DNA of 32,000 nucleotides from Nitrosospira multiformis ATCC 25196 (GCF_000196355.1 NC_007614.1:2610001-2642000), one strand, 5' to 3'. Positions 8,534-18,382 are shown, counted from the first letter of the stretch. Numbers and translations: made by a program. The notes: generated by a model not told the origin, from the sequence alone.

Positions 8534-9397
8534 ATGCTCAAGTCCGGATCGAGGGAAATCCGCATCTGGTGGCCCCTGCCGCTGGCATCCGTCCTCTGGA
8601 TGCTCATCATCTGGGCGTTCGGGTTCTTTCTCACCGCGCCCGAGGTGGAGGTCAAGGGGCCACCCGCAATCCAGGCCAGCTTCGTGGAATTGGCTGAAGA
8701 AACACCGGAACAGAAGGTGGCACCGGCTGCGCCACCCAGTCCGAAGGCACCCCCTGCACCCAAACCTCCCCCTAAGCCTCGGCCTCAATCGCGGCTGGGA
8801 GAAGGAGGAACCAAGCAGCCGAAACCCAAACAGGAAAAAGCAATGGAAAACCGTGAGGGCAGCAAGGAACGCCCGCCGGTTCAGAAAACTGTTCCACAGC
8901 CTTCTCCAGAGGCTGAACGCCCTAAAGACCTGCTGGCGTATATGAATGAGACACGGGAGCGGCGCCGCGCAGGCGGAATTTTCGAGGATGAACCTGCTGA
9001 ACCGGAGGCGGTCGAGCGCGAGCCTTCTGAAGAAGAACTGCGCATGGCCAACGTGATGCGCAACCTCAAGGAGCCTGGCGCAAGCGGGATATTCCAGATC
9101 ATCAGGATGGGACCGCGCACGGCACAGTTTCTGTTCCGTGCCTGGAAGAAGGATAGCAGCGTTCCCCGCCGGGAGTTGGTGGAAGTCGATGCCGGACCGG
9201 GTGGCGATATCCAACGGGCCGTCGTTCGAAAAATGATCGACCTGATCCGGCAATACCACAAAGGGGATTTCAACTGGGAATCTTACCGCCTCGACCGTGT
9301 GGTCGTCCTCTCCGCCCGGCCGGAAGACAGCAAGGGCCTCGAGGATTTCCTGATACGCGAGTTTTTTGGAGAGGAGGCTGCGCCGCTACGGCGATGA
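8534..9397 (+). CDS. TonB-like energy-transducer candidate with a divergent C-terminal domain
   Basis: 287 aa. N-terminal TM anchor (WWPLPLASVLWMLIIWAFGFFL). Pro/Lys-rich spacer (APAAPPSPKAPPAPKPPPKPRPQ), then a charged linker. The ~110-aa C-terminal domain lacks the recognisable YP...EG TonB_C signature. It sits immediately after exbBD. Confidence 0.6.
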   Translation: MLKSGSREIRIWWPLPLASVLWMLIIWAFGFFLTAPEVEVKGPPAIQASFVELAEETPEQKVAPAAPPSPKAPPAPKPPPKPRPQSRLGEGGTKQPKPKQEKAMENREGSKERPPVQKTVPQPSPEAERPKDLLAYMNETRERRRAGGIFEDEPAEPEAVEREPSEEELRMANVMRNLKEPGASGIFQIIRMGPRTAQFLFRAWKKDSSVPRRELVEVDAGPGGDIQRAVVRKMIDLIRQYHKGDFNWESYRLDRVVVLSARPEDSKGLEDFLIREFFGEEAAPLRR

Positions 9398-9511
9398 AGA
9401 TCGCCTGGCGAAGCTATTCGCTCTCTCATGTACTACATTACGTGGAAGCAAGGGGCGGGGCAAGCCTGCCCTACACCGGTGATATCGGAAGGTGGGGGGA
9501 AGGACGTTGTC

Positions 9512-11359
9512 CTATTTTTCCACTTGGCTTGCAGTCTTGTTCACATCACCTTTCAGATACTTGTCCAGAAACTCCAGTATTCGCCGATTCGCCTCGATCT
9601 GGTTTTTTTTCTTGGTAAAACTATGGCCTTCATCAGGGAAAACAATGTACTCCACCGGAATGCCATGCTTCCTGACCGCCTCCACCATTTCATCGCTCTC
9701 GGCCTTGACCACACGAGGGTCATTGACTCCCTGGATGACCAATAAAGGCTTTCGTATTTCCCTGGCATGGAACAGGGGGGAAGTCGCAACAAGAAAATCG
9801 ATGTCCGCCACGGGATCGCCAATTTCATCATAAATGGCTTTGCGGACGGACTCCCAGTAAACAGGAATGCTCTCCAGGGTACGCAGCCAGTTGCTGACGC
9901 CGAAAATGTCCACCCCTACCTTGAAAGCTTCAGGCCGGAACGCGAGGGCTGCAAGTGTCATGTAACCGCCATAACTCGCGCCCATGATGCCGATGCGCTC
10001 ATGGTCGATGTAACCGAGACTGGCCAGAAAGGTCTTCGCTTCCACACAATCCCACAAGGGCTCTCGTCCGTGCTTGCGGTTGGCCGCGGTAAAGAAGGTT
10101 TTACCATAGCCGGAGCTTCCCCGGTTATTGATGCCCAGCACGGCATATCCATGATTCACGAGGTACTGAATCTGGGCGTTATAACCCCGCATGGTCTGCC
10201 CGCCGGGTCCTCCATGAACGTACACGATGGCAGGCACCTTGTTGGTGCCTGATGCTTCATGCGGCTTGTAATAGATGGAGGGAATCATCATTCCATCGAA
10301 GGATCGGAACCGCACCACTTCCGCCTCCACCAGATCTGATGGATCGATCTCCTTGTTCAGGCTTTGCGTGAGTTGACGAAACTGCCCGGTGCTGAAATCG
10401 TGCACGAACAGATTATCGGGAGAGCGGTCGCCATTTACGTAGAAGGCCATGCGCGTGCTGTTTTGCGAAAAGACCACACCCCGGATTTCTCCCTGGGGTA
10501 GTGCTGGCAGTTTTACAGGTTTCTCCCTCTCTCCATCTTCAATTTCGACAACACGAACGACAATGCTTCCATCTGCGTTGATGCCAGTTACGCGGAATCG
10601 GCCATCGTATGAGAAATAGGTGTACATCACGTCCCACTCGGCACTCTCGTGGTCGCAGACGACCCCTGAAGTGAGATCATAGGTGCACAAATGCTTGAAT
10701 TCGCTTCCCTCCGTGGTAAGAAAGAAGAGCTTGCGCGAAGTGGAATCGAAGGTCTCAGCATGGAAACTGATGGAGCCCTCATGCGGCGTGAGGTGCCTTA
10801 CTTCCCGTTTTTCGACATCGAACAGGTAAATGTCACTGTCCGATGCGGTATGCGAGCGGTTCAGTGCAATCCAGCGCTCATCGCGACTGATGGGCCCAAG
10901 ATCGAACCCCTGGTGATTCCGGTACAGCAAGGTTCGCGCAAAAGTCTCGGCGTCATAACGGTATACATCGAAGAATCTGGCATCAAGCTCATTGGTAGCG
11001 ACGTAAAAAGCCTGTCCATCGGGGCTCCAGCCCATGAATTGCGCCTTGAGCTTTTCTCCCGGTGTCAGATCTTCCTCCTCGCCGTCGGGGGCGAGCAGGA
11101 ACAAATGATAATTTTCATCGCCATGATAATCCCGGGTAATCAGTACCCGATCATCATGCGGAAAGAAGCTGACCGAAAACGTGGTATCGCTGGCGGAGCA
11201 GGTCAACGCCTCTGCCGTACCACCTGTCACTGGCAGCGTGTAGGCATTGAAAATACCCGATTCATTACTGCTGAACAGGATGCGCTCCTCATCCGCGCTG
11301 AACGACGCCCCCATTATGGAGGTCGTCGCCATGAATTGTTCAATGGTGTAGCGTTTCAT
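9512..11359 (-). CDS. S9-family serine peptidase (prolyl oligopeptidase / dipeptidyl aminopeptidase-like)
   Basis: 615 aa. N-terminal beta-propeller-like region. C-terminal alpha/beta hydrolase with HGGPGG, nucleophile elbow GASYGGYM and a late D...H pair (VNDPRV, DEGHSF). Confidence 0.85.
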   Translation of the reverse strand: MKRYTIEQFMATTSIMGASFSADEERILFSSNESGIFNAYTLPVTGGTAEALTCSASDTTFSVSFFPHDDRVLITRDYHGDENYHLFLLAPDGEEEDLTPGEKLKAQFMGWSPDGQAFYVATNELDARFFDVYRYDAETFARTLLYRNHQGFDLGPISRDERWIALNRSHTASDSDIYLFDVEKREVRHLTPHEGSISFHAETFDSTSRKLFFLTTEGSEFKHLCTYDLTSGVVCDHESAEWDVMYTYFSYDGRFRVTGINADGSIVVRVVEIEDGEREKPVKLPALPQGEIRGVVFSQNSTRMAFYVNGDRSPDNLFVHDFSTGQFRQLTQSLNKEIDPSDLVEAEVVRFRSFDGMMIPSIYYKPHEASGTNKVPAIVYVHGGPGGQTMRGYNAQIQYLVNHGYAVLGINNRGSSGYGKTFFTAANRKHGREPLWDCVEAKTFLASLGYIDHERIGIMGASYGGYMTLAALAFRPEAFKVGVDIFGVSNWLRTLESIPVYWESVRKAIYDEIGDPVADIDFLVATSPLFHAREIRKPLLVIQGVNDPRVVKAESDEMVEAVRKHGIPVEYIVFPDEGHSFTKKKNQIEANRRILEFLDKYLKGDVNKTASQVEK

Positions 11360-11581
11360 ATCGAGCGTCCCCGCGATGCTGGATTTGGATTTTGGCTCGC
11401 GATAAACCTGAATAGAGCTGGAAGGAGCCGGGGATCAAACAATTGTCTGCCAGCGTCCAGTAAATAAGTAAAGCAGGCATACATATTAAAAGCCCATGGT
11501 TGAGATTATATATTAGGCGCCGCACGGAACCACTCACCATTTTTCTTCATCATCAAGCGATACGGCTTTACTGCCAGATAC

Positions 11582-13390
11582 ATGAAATGCATAAAGCGCA
11601 GCAACCGAGTTCAACCGGAAGAAAATGCGAACAGAGCGATGACAACCAAAACTTACGATATGGAGAGTCCTGATGCTGATAGGGAGGAACCGGAGCAGGA
11701 TGATCTGGAGGAAAGCCTGCATCAGATATTTGGCCTGGCACACCTGCGTCCCGGCCAGAGAGAGGTCATCGAAAGTGTCTTGAACGGGCGGGACACGCTT
11801 GCCGTAATGCCCACCGGGGGCGGTAAGTCCCTGTGTTACCAGTTGCCTGCACTCAATCTGCCGGGCACGGCGATTGTCGTTTCCCCTCTGATTTCGCTGA
11901 TGAAAGACCAGGCCGAGAAGCTCGAAGAGATCGGAGTTGACGCGGCGCAAGTCAACAGCATGCTGAATGCGGAGCAGGAGTCGGAGGCGCTGGAGAATAT
12001 TCGCAATGCAGATAGCGATGTCGTATTTGTGACGCCTGAACGGGTGTCCCATCCGGATTTCATCGCCGAGCTGCAGGCCATCCCGATAAATCTGTTCGTC
12101 ATTGATGAGGCCCACTGTATTTCCCAATGGGGGCACGACTTCCGTCCGGCTTACCTGGGACTGGGAGACGCGATCAAGGCACTGGGAAAGCCAACGGTAC
12201 TCGCGCTGACAGCCACTGCTACACCTGAAGTCATCGAGGATATTGCGCAACAACTCGGGCGTAGTTCCATGCATGTGGTCAACACCGGCATCTACCGGCC
12301 CAACCTGAATTATTCTGTCTTACAGGTTACGAATCCGGAAGAAAAGCTGGAGAAGCTGCAAGATTTGATTCAGAAAAGCCAGGGAAGCGGAATCATTTAT
12401 ACAGCCACGGTGAAAGCAGTGGAAGAGCTCGCTGCAGCACTCGCCGGAACGATTGCCGACATCGCGCTCTACCACGGACGCCTGCCGCGCAAAACGCGCA
12501 CAGAAAACCAGGAAACCTTCATGGAAGGCAAAAGCAGGATCATGGTGGCGACGAATGCTTTTGGCATGGGAATCGACAAACCTGATATCCGCTTCGTGGT
12601 GCACTTCCAGATGCCCGGCACACTCGAAGCATACTACCAGGAGTCGGGCCGTGCCGGCCGGGACGGCAAAACGGCCGAATGCACGCTGCTTTACGACGCG
12701 CAGGATAAGCGCATTCAGCAATTTTTTCTGGCGCGGCATCATCCCGACCAGGAGGACTTGCGCGAAGTGTACAAAGCAGTGCAAGACTTATCACCCGGTT
12801 CGCCGGCAATCAGAATCGATCAACTGCAAGAGAAAATCGGCAAATTTTCGGTTCGCAGGTTGCAGGTGATGCTTAGACTGTTGGAAGAACACCGCATCCT
12901 CAAGCGGGACAAGACGCTGGGCTATCGCCTGCACAAAAAGGATGTGAAAGCGGAAGACCTGCTCAGACTCGCGGAAAATGCGCACAGGAAAGCGGAGCAT
13001 GAGCGGGAGGCTCTGGAGCGCATGGTATTTTATGCCCAGAGCGGTTTTTGCCGCTGGAAGGTGCTGCTGGAGTACTTTGACGAGAAAGTCGAGTGGAACC
13101 ATTGCGGCCACTGCGATAACTGCATCAATCCGCCCGAAAACGAGCTTTCAGCGCGCCCTGTCCAAAGACAGGATAAAACGGGGCAAACGACTCCTGATAC
13201 CGATCCATCCCCCACCGAGAAGGAGTTGATTGTGGGGGCGGAGGTTGAGGTCGAGAAAGTGGGCAAAGGCAAGGTCGTGAACATCCGCTACGACATGGTG
13301 ACAGTCCTTTTCCCTGACAGTCAAAAACGCATTTTTATGAAAAACTACGTAAGGCCGCTCCAGCAAGCAGCGGAGAATAAGGGCAAGTAG
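11582..13390 (+). CDS. RecQ-family ATP-dependent DNA helicase (non-canonical C-terminus)
   Basis: 602 aa as tracked; alternative starts at 11639 or 11660. Motifs present: FRPGQ-like LRPGQREVI, Walker [48 protein letters not shown] and [10 protein letters not shown]. Four-Cys cluster CRW...CGHCDNC. No HRDC-like end. Instead there is a small GxxVxxxxxGxGxV domain. Confidence 0.85.
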   Translation: MKCIKRSNRVQPEENANRAMTTKTYDMESPDADREEPEQDDLEESLHQIFGLAHLRPGQREVIESVLNGRDTLAVMPTGGGKSLCYQLPALNLPGTAIVVSPLISLMKDQAEKLEEIGVDAAQVNSMLNAEQESEALENIRNADSDVVFVTPERVSHPDFIAELQAIPINLFVIDEAHCISQWGHDFRPAYLGLGDAIKALGKPTVLALTATATPEVIEDIAQQLGRSSMHVVNTGIYRPNLNYSVLQVTNPEEKLEKLQDLIQKSQGSGIIYTATVKAVEELAAALAGTIADIALYHGRLPRKTRTENQETFMEGKSRIMVATNAFGMGIDKPDIRFVVHFQMPGTLEAYYQESGRAGRDGKTAECTLLYDAQDKRIQQFFLARHHPDQEDLREVYKAVQDLSPGSPAIRIDQLQEKIGKFSVRRLQVMLRLLEEHRILKRDKTLGYRLHKKDVKAEDLLRLAENAHRKAEHEREALERMVFYAQSGFCRWKVLLEYFDEKVEWNHCGHCDNCINPPENELSARPVQRQDKTGQTTPDTDPSPTEKELIVGAEVEVEKVGKGKVVNIRYDMVTVLFPDSQKRIFMKNYVRPLQQAAENKGK

Positions 13391-13406
13391 TTCCTGGGGA
13401 GGGTAC

Positions 13407-14003
13407 ATGCTGAACGATCCTGTTGTTCTCATCCTGATGTACTTTATTCTGCCACTTTGGCTGGCGGCCGGATTCGCGGATTGGCTGTGCCATCGTGTGT
13501 CTCATATCGAAACGACCAGCGGGGCAAAGGAGTCTGTCTTCCATCTCATCATGCTCGCCGAGATGGGCCTGCCCTTGCTTGCCGCCATTTTCCTTCAGGT
13601 AAACGCCGGGATTATCGCCTTCATGATTGCCGCCTTTTTCCTCCATGAGATCACCGCGCTTTGGGATGTGAGCTATGCGGTAAAGGTACGCAGGGTCTCA
13701 CCCATCGAGCAGCACGTGCACAGCTTCCAGGAGATGATTCCACTCATGGCAATCCTGCTCTTGATCTCCCGTCACTGGGGGCAATTCCAGGCGCTTTTCG
13801 GGTTCGGACCCGAAACGCCGCGGTTCGACCTCTCCTGGAAGGAAGAGCAGCTGCCGGTAATTTACATAATTTCCATCATGACGGTTGCGCTGCTGTTCGA
13901 GATTATCCCCTTTGTAGAGGAGTTCTTACGCGGGCTGCGCGCGAACCACGGGAAGCTTGTGCCCACGAAAGCCTGGACGGGCGACGACGAGAATCCCGAG
14001 TAG
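13407..14003 (+). CDS. Integral membrane protein of unknown function with conserved-looking His clusters
   Basis: 198 aa with 4-5 predicted TM helices. His motifs are HRVSH (HX3H), FHLIM, LHEITALWD and QHVHSFQE. Starts 16 nt after the recQ-like stop. I recognise no family. Confidence 0.6.
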   Translation: MLNDPVVLILMYFILPLWLAAGFADWLCHRVSHIETTSGAKESVFHLIMLAEMGLPLLAAIFLQVNAGIIAFMIAAFFLHEITALWDVSYAVKVRRVSPIEQHVHSFQEMIPLMAILLLISRHWGQFQALFGFGPETPRFDLSWKEEQLPVIYIISIMTVALLFEIIPFVEEFLRGLRANHGKLVPTKAWTGDDENPE

Positions 14004-14324
14004 TCAGGATTGAGACTTTTCCGTATCGTTGCATCTGATTTGCCACAAAAGCTCCCCATCCTTATCCAGGGCGCGCATGGGATCGAGGATGATGGGTGTT
14101 TGCTGGTCAATGAGCACATAACCATTCTTGCAAATTTCATTGGCGCCCTTCGTCAACGTTCGAGTTGCCCAATCCCGGCTGTTGGCACAAGGTCCCATGC
14201 GGGTTTTAATGAAATAATGGGTAGTTCCATCCCTCAATTTCATCGAACTTTGCGTGTATTCAGGCGTGCCTGCACAGGCATGCAGTAACGGAACGGCCAG
14301 CAGTGTAAGAACCCGGATTTTCAT
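14004..14324 (-). CDS. Small Cys-containing lipoprotein, unknown function
   Basis: 106 aa. Signal peptide MKIRVLTLLAVPLLHA followed by Cys (lipobox-like L-H-A-C). Three further Cys residues in the mature part. Its stop codon abuts the stop of the convergent gene, with a 0-nt gap. Confidence 0.6.
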   Translation of the reverse strand: MKIRVLTLLAVPLLHACAGTPEYTQSSMKLRDGTTHYFIKTRMGPCANSRDWATRTLTKGANEICKNGYVLIDQQTPIILDPMRALDKDGELLWQIRCNDTEKSQS

Positions 14325-14392
14325 GATCTTCCGAATATGAGGGAGGCTGATGATACAGGAGAGGGCGAGCCTGGCGGAATGAGAAAAGGATT

Positions 14393-15406
14393 TTATTTGA
14401 TGCCAATCACCATGGAATCAGTGCCCACAAGAGGTTCCACGCGAGTATTGGAAAACCCCGCCTCTTTCATCCATGCCATGCAATCCGCGCCGGTGAAATC
14501 GAAGCCTCCCGGCGTTTCTATCAGCATGTTCAGACTCATCATCAGGCCGAATGCATTCTGTGACCGGTCATCGTCTATGAGAGACTCATACACAACGAAG
14601 GCGCCCCCTGCCGGGAGCGCATCGAACGCCTTGCGAGTGAGCATTTTTTTCGTAGAGAGGTCCCAGTCATGCAGGATATGGCCCATCAGCACCACATCTG
14701 CCTGAGGCAGATCTTCCTCGAAGAAATTGCCAGGCACGAAAGAAACGCGATCAGCCACGTTCGCAGTTTGAGCGTACTGCTCGAAAATCGGACCTACCTC
14801 CGGGCGGTCGTAACCCATCCCGCGCAAATGAGAATTGGCAAGGGCGATCTGCACAGCGAGGTCCCCCTGTGCCGTGCCGACATCAACGAACGTATGATAG
14901 CCGTGCCATGGAAAAGCGCGCGCAATGGTCATGTTCGCCGCGCGGCTCACTCCAGTCATGGCGGCAAGAAATTCTTTCAATCCGGCAGGATCGGCATAAA
15001 GCTTCTCGAAGAGATCGGCCTCACCCGTTCTGATTTCGTTCTGCGGTTTGCCAGTCAGGAGCGCCTGGGTAAGATCGCTCCAGATCGGATAGAGCCGCCG
15101 ATTCGCCATCTCCAGAATGCCGCCAATGTATGATGGCTTGTTGCGGTCGAGAAACAGATCGGTTTCGGACGTATTGCTGTAGCGGTCACCTTCACGGTCC
15201 AGAAAGCCCAACGCTACAAGGGCATCCAGGAAATCGCGCGCACCGCGTGGGTGCAGCCCTGCCTGTTCGGCAAGGGCATCCAAACTCAGTGAACCTTGCG
15301 CCAATCGAGTGAACACACCCAACTCGACCGCAGAAAGCAGAGTCTTTGCCGGCCAGAAAGCCATGCCGGTTTTAAGAATATTCTCCGGGGTAAGCTGGTT
15401 TGTCAT
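14393..15406 (-). CDS. Class I SAM-dependent O-methyltransferase (family 2, with N-terminal dimerisation/winged-helix domain)
   Basis: I trimmed the 392-aa track ORF to the ATG at 15406 ([18 protein letters not shown] upstream), giving 337 aa. SAM motif [22 protein letters not shown], and the C-terminal pattern of COMT-like O-methyltransferases. Confidence 0.8.
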   Translation of the reverse strand: MTNQLTPENILKTGMAFWPAKTLLSAVELGVFTRLAQGSLSLDALAEQAGLHPRGARDFLDALVALGFLDREGDRYSNTSETDLFLDRNKPSYIGGILEMANRRLYPIWSDLTQALLTGKPQNEIRTGEADLFEKLYADPAGLKEFLAAMTGVSRAANMTIARAFPWHGYHTFVDVGTAQGDLAVQIALANSHLRGMGYDRPEVGPIFEQYAQTANVADRVSFVPGNFFEEDLPQADVVLMGHILHDWDLSTKKMLTRKAFDALPAGGAFVVYESLIDDDRSQNAFGLMMSLNMLIETPGGFDFTGADCMAWMKEAGFSNTRVEPLVGTDSMVIGIK

Positions 15407-15977
15407 TTGTTTTCCTGAGTAAAGGAGAATTGCTAAAAAACGGAGTATTTCATGTACGCGCGGGTTTCCTCCGCAACGCGCGTTACGCCTGTTTCGGTGA
15501 CTGTTGGTCCGTAAACAGGAAACGGGAATTGCGGCTGGATATATCATACCTATGTTGTCCGGATTTGCCATGAAATCAACCCGAAAGAAGATGCACGGGT
15601 CGAATCACCGAGTTTTGCTGAGTGAACCCACTCCCCTTCAAAGAAACAAACCCAGCTCAATTTCTTTTTTCTGCCTGGGTTCCAGTTTGACGCGCTTGTG
15701 AAGGCGTGCTACGTTGAAATCAATGCTCCGCGAATTACAAGATTCACAGGACCTCTGTCTGTAATCGTCGTCTGGGACGCCTGGAAAGCTTTAGGAATCG
15801 AAGCTGCTTCGAGAGTCCGGGATAAGTTGTTCGGGGGTTCATGAGGTGCTCCCGGCGCTTCAACCTGTCGACCCGTCTCAAGCGGGAAGCGACGGAAGCA
15901 TGTCAAGGCAGACGTTTTGTACCCGTTCAATTCTTCGATCAGCAGGGTAGCTATTGAGGATCAGGGAAAAGAATCCA

Positions 15978-16349
15978 ATGAACACAAAACGGCGCGCGAT
16001 CAGCAAGGATACGTTCGGTCTTTCCGGGCAGATTGCCGTGCTGACCGGAGTGTCTTCAGGCATAGGCCGCGCTTGCGCCCTTGCCTTGGGGCGCGTGGGC
16101 GTGAAGGTGGTAGTCAATCCCCTTCCTGAGGCCAGCGACGAGGCAGCCGAGGTGTGCCGAGAAATAGAAGCCGTCGGCGTGGACGCTTTTGCCTATGCCG
16201 CCGATGTGAGTAACGAAACTCAGCTCGCGGCTATGTTCACGGAAACGGTGGCACGCTTCGGCACTCTCCATATTCTGGTGAACAACGCCGGAATAATGTT
16301 CGCCGATGGCGCAATGTCGACCTATCCCGCGTTCCGTCGCGCGGGATGA
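15978..16349 (+). pseudogene. Truncated short-chain dehydrogenase/reductase (N-terminal half only)
   Basis: 123 aa from the ATG at 15978. It has the Rossmann motif LTGVSSGIGRA and the NNAG motif (LVNNAGI). It ends about 15 aa later and never reaches the catalytic Ser/Tyr-x3-Lys. Full-length SDRs are about 250 aa. Its stop overlaps the next start in ATGA (16346..16349). Confidence 0.65.
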
Positions 16350-18229
16350 GCAAACCTATCGAAGAATACGGATTCATCGGTAACATGCTGAGCGGAGCGC
16401 TCGTCGCCCGTGATGGCTCGATGGATTGGCTTTGCCTTCCACGGTTCGATTCCGATGCATGCTTCGCCGCACTGCTGGGGGCATCCAAGCATGGTTATTG
16501 GCAGATTTCCCCGGCTGGCGAGAGTAACCGCTCTAGTCGGCGTTATCTGCCCCATGCACCGGTCCTCGAAACCACCTTCGAGACAGAGGGTGGCATCGTG
16601 ACGCTCGTGGATTTCATGCCGCTTTCAAATGACCCCGAGAGAGTCGATGTCGTTCGCCTTGTACAGGGGGTGTCGGGCAAGGTGCGGATGCGGATGGAGT
16701 TGGCCCTGCGCTTCGGCTACGGCAAGACCATTCCCTGGGTACGCCGCCGCGACTACGGCATCCACGCCGTTGCCGGCCCGGATGCGGTGGAACTGGCAAC
16801 TCCTGTCACCCTGCGCGGCGAGGACATGCGCACCGTTGCCGAGTTCGAGGTGGGAGAAGGCGACGTTATCCCCTTCACGCTCGCCTATCATCCCCTACAT
16901 CGAGAGCCTCACTTCATTGACGACGGCAGGAAGAGGCTCGAGCACACACTTGCCTGGTGGCGGGAATGGACCCGTATCTGCCAGCTCTCGGAACTGGAGG
17001 AACCCGGATGGAACGATGCAGTCGAGCGTTCGCTCATTACGCTCAAGGCACTCTCCTACCAACCAAGCGGGGGCATCGTCGCGGCGCTTACGACCTCCCT
17101 CCCCGAAGAGCTCGGCGGAGTCCGAAACTGGGATTACCGCTACTGCTGGATCCGCGACGCCACACTCACGTTATATGCATTCATGAATGCAGGATGCTTC
17201 GACGAGGCCGGGGCATTCAGGGAATGGATGCTTCGAGCGGCTGCGGGCGCCCCTGATCAGATGCAAATCATGTATGGGATCGAGGGTGAACGCCGCCTGA
17301 CTGAAATCGAACTGCCTTGGCTGCCGGGTTACGAGAACAGCCTCCCCGTGCGCATCGGCAACGGTGCGCATGAGCAGATTCAGGTAGACGTGTTTGGCGA
17401 ACTGATGGACACACTTTATACCGCCCGCAAGTCGCAACTCGGGCCGCATCAGGAAGCCTGGCGGTTTCAGCAAGCGATTCTTTCCCGACTGGAGAGTCTG
17501 TGGCGTGGGCCAGACCAAGGCATCTGGGAGGTGCGCGGTAGCCCCAAGCACTTCGTCTATTCGAAAATGATGGCTTGGGTCGCGTTTGATCGGGCCATAA
17601 AAGCTGTGGAGCAATTCGGCTTCCCTGGTCCTGTCGGGAAATGGCGCACGCTCCGCGATGAAATTCATCGGGAAGTGCTGGCGCGCGGCTATGATAAGGA
17701 ACGGAACACATTCGTGCAGCATTACGACGGCGTGGGACTGGATGCCTCCCTGCTGCTGATGGCCGAGGTAGGATTTCTCCCACCGGACGATCCCCGCTTT
17801 CGGGGAACGGTAGAAGCCATTGAACGCGACCTGATGGAAGATGGACTTGTGCTGCGTTACCGCGTTGGCGAAACCAAAGACGGGCTCGCCGGCGAGGAAG
17901 GAACTTTTCTCGTTTGCAGCTTCTGGCTTGCTGATGCCTATACAATGATCGACCGCGGTCACGATGCGGCAGTTCTTTTCGAGCGCCTCCTGTCTCTACG
18001 CAACGACCTCGGGCTTCTTGCCGAGGAATACCACCCCCGCCACCGGCGGCAACTGGGAAACTTCCCCCAAGCGTTTTCCCACGTGGGTTTGATCAATACG
18101 GCATACAACCTTCGCCGCATCAACGGCCCCGCCCAGCAGCGCGCTGATCGCAGCGCGTCGCCTCATGCCACTCACACCTCCTGGACCGGAACCGCGGGCG
18201 AGCAGCACCGCGAACGATCGATAGACTAA
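16346..18229 (+). CDS. Glycoside hydrolase family 15 protein (glucoamylase/trehalase-like)
   Basis: 627 aa. N-terminus IEEYGFIGNMLSGALVARDGSMDWLCLPRFDSDACFAALLG is the characteristic bacterial GH15 start. Later motifs include RNWDYRYCWIRDA and EGTFLVCSFWLADA. Confidence 0.85.
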   Translation: MSKPIEEYGFIGNMLSGALVARDGSMDWLCLPRFDSDACFAALLGASKHGYWQISPAGESNRSSRRYLPHAPVLETTFETEGGIVTLVDFMPLSNDPERVDVVRLVQGVSGKVRMRMELALRFGYGKTIPWVRRRDYGIHAVAGPDAVELATPVTLRGEDMRTVAEFEVGEGDVIPFTLAYHPLHREPHFIDDGRKRLEHTLAWWREWTRICQLSELEEPGWNDAVERSLITLKALSYQPSGGIVAALTTSLPEELGGVRNWDYRYCWIRDATLTLYAFMNAGCFDEAGAFREWMLRAAAGAPDQMQIMYGIEGERRLTEIELPWLPGYENSLPVRIGNGAHEQIQVDVFGELMDTLYTARKSQLGPHQEAWRFQQAILSRLESLWRGPDQGIWEVRGSPKHFVYSKMMAWVAFDRAIKAVEQFGFPGPVGKWRTLRDEIHREVLARGYDKERNTFVQHYDGVGLDASLLLMAEVGFLPPDDPRFRGTVEAIERDLMEDGLVLRYRVGETKDGLAGEEGTFLVCSFWLADAYTMIDRGHDAAVLFERLLSLRNDLGLLAEEYHPRHRRQLGNFPQAFSHVGLINTAYNLRRINGPAQQRADRSASPHATHTSWTGTAGEQHRERSID

Positions 18230-18382
18230 ACTCCCTTTCGAAGTTCCGTCACAGGACTTTTTCGACGCATCGAAACACGGTGCAGAGAAAAGCAAGTCTG
18301 CCGGCAAACATCGATAAGCCAAGACTATAGCGCAGAAGCTCTCACCCGCTTTTATCTCGCTTTTGTTTTTGAACGGCTGGTT

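Noticed and set aside
9440-9470. GGGCA-AGCC-TGCCC hairpin between the convergent tonB-like and S9 peptidase genes, considered as a bidirectional terminator
   Set aside because: A 5-bp stem with no T/A runs on either side.
14362-14390. CTGGCGGAATGAG resembling the tRNA-Ser 3' end (TGGCGGAGAGG), considered as an att remnant
   Set aside because: Only 7 contiguous matching bases, which is expected by chance in 32 kb.
14393-15571. N-terminal extensions in the ORF track: methyltransferase 392 aa, cysG 502 aa, mltF 478 aa, scpA 307 aa, copC 159 aa, unknown protein 218 aa, exbD 172 aa, integrase stump 83 aa
   Set aside because: The extensions are non-homologous, Arg/Cys-rich leaders. Internal starts restore canonical N-termini or signal peptides, several with Shine-Dalgarno sites. 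I reported the shorter coordinates instead.
15593-15611. tRNA T-arm-like segment (GGGTCGAATCACC) considered as the distal att repeat of a tRNA-Ser island
   Set aside because: It matches only about 13 of 16 positions with a gap. It is also in the opposite orientation to the tRNA-Ser gene, so it cannot be a direct repeat of the integration site.
18242-18262. Weak hairpin AGTTC-CGTCACA-GGACT plus TTTT, 13 nt after the GH15 stop, considered as a terminator
   Set aside because: Only a 5-bp stem including one G-T pair, which is below what I would call with confidence.
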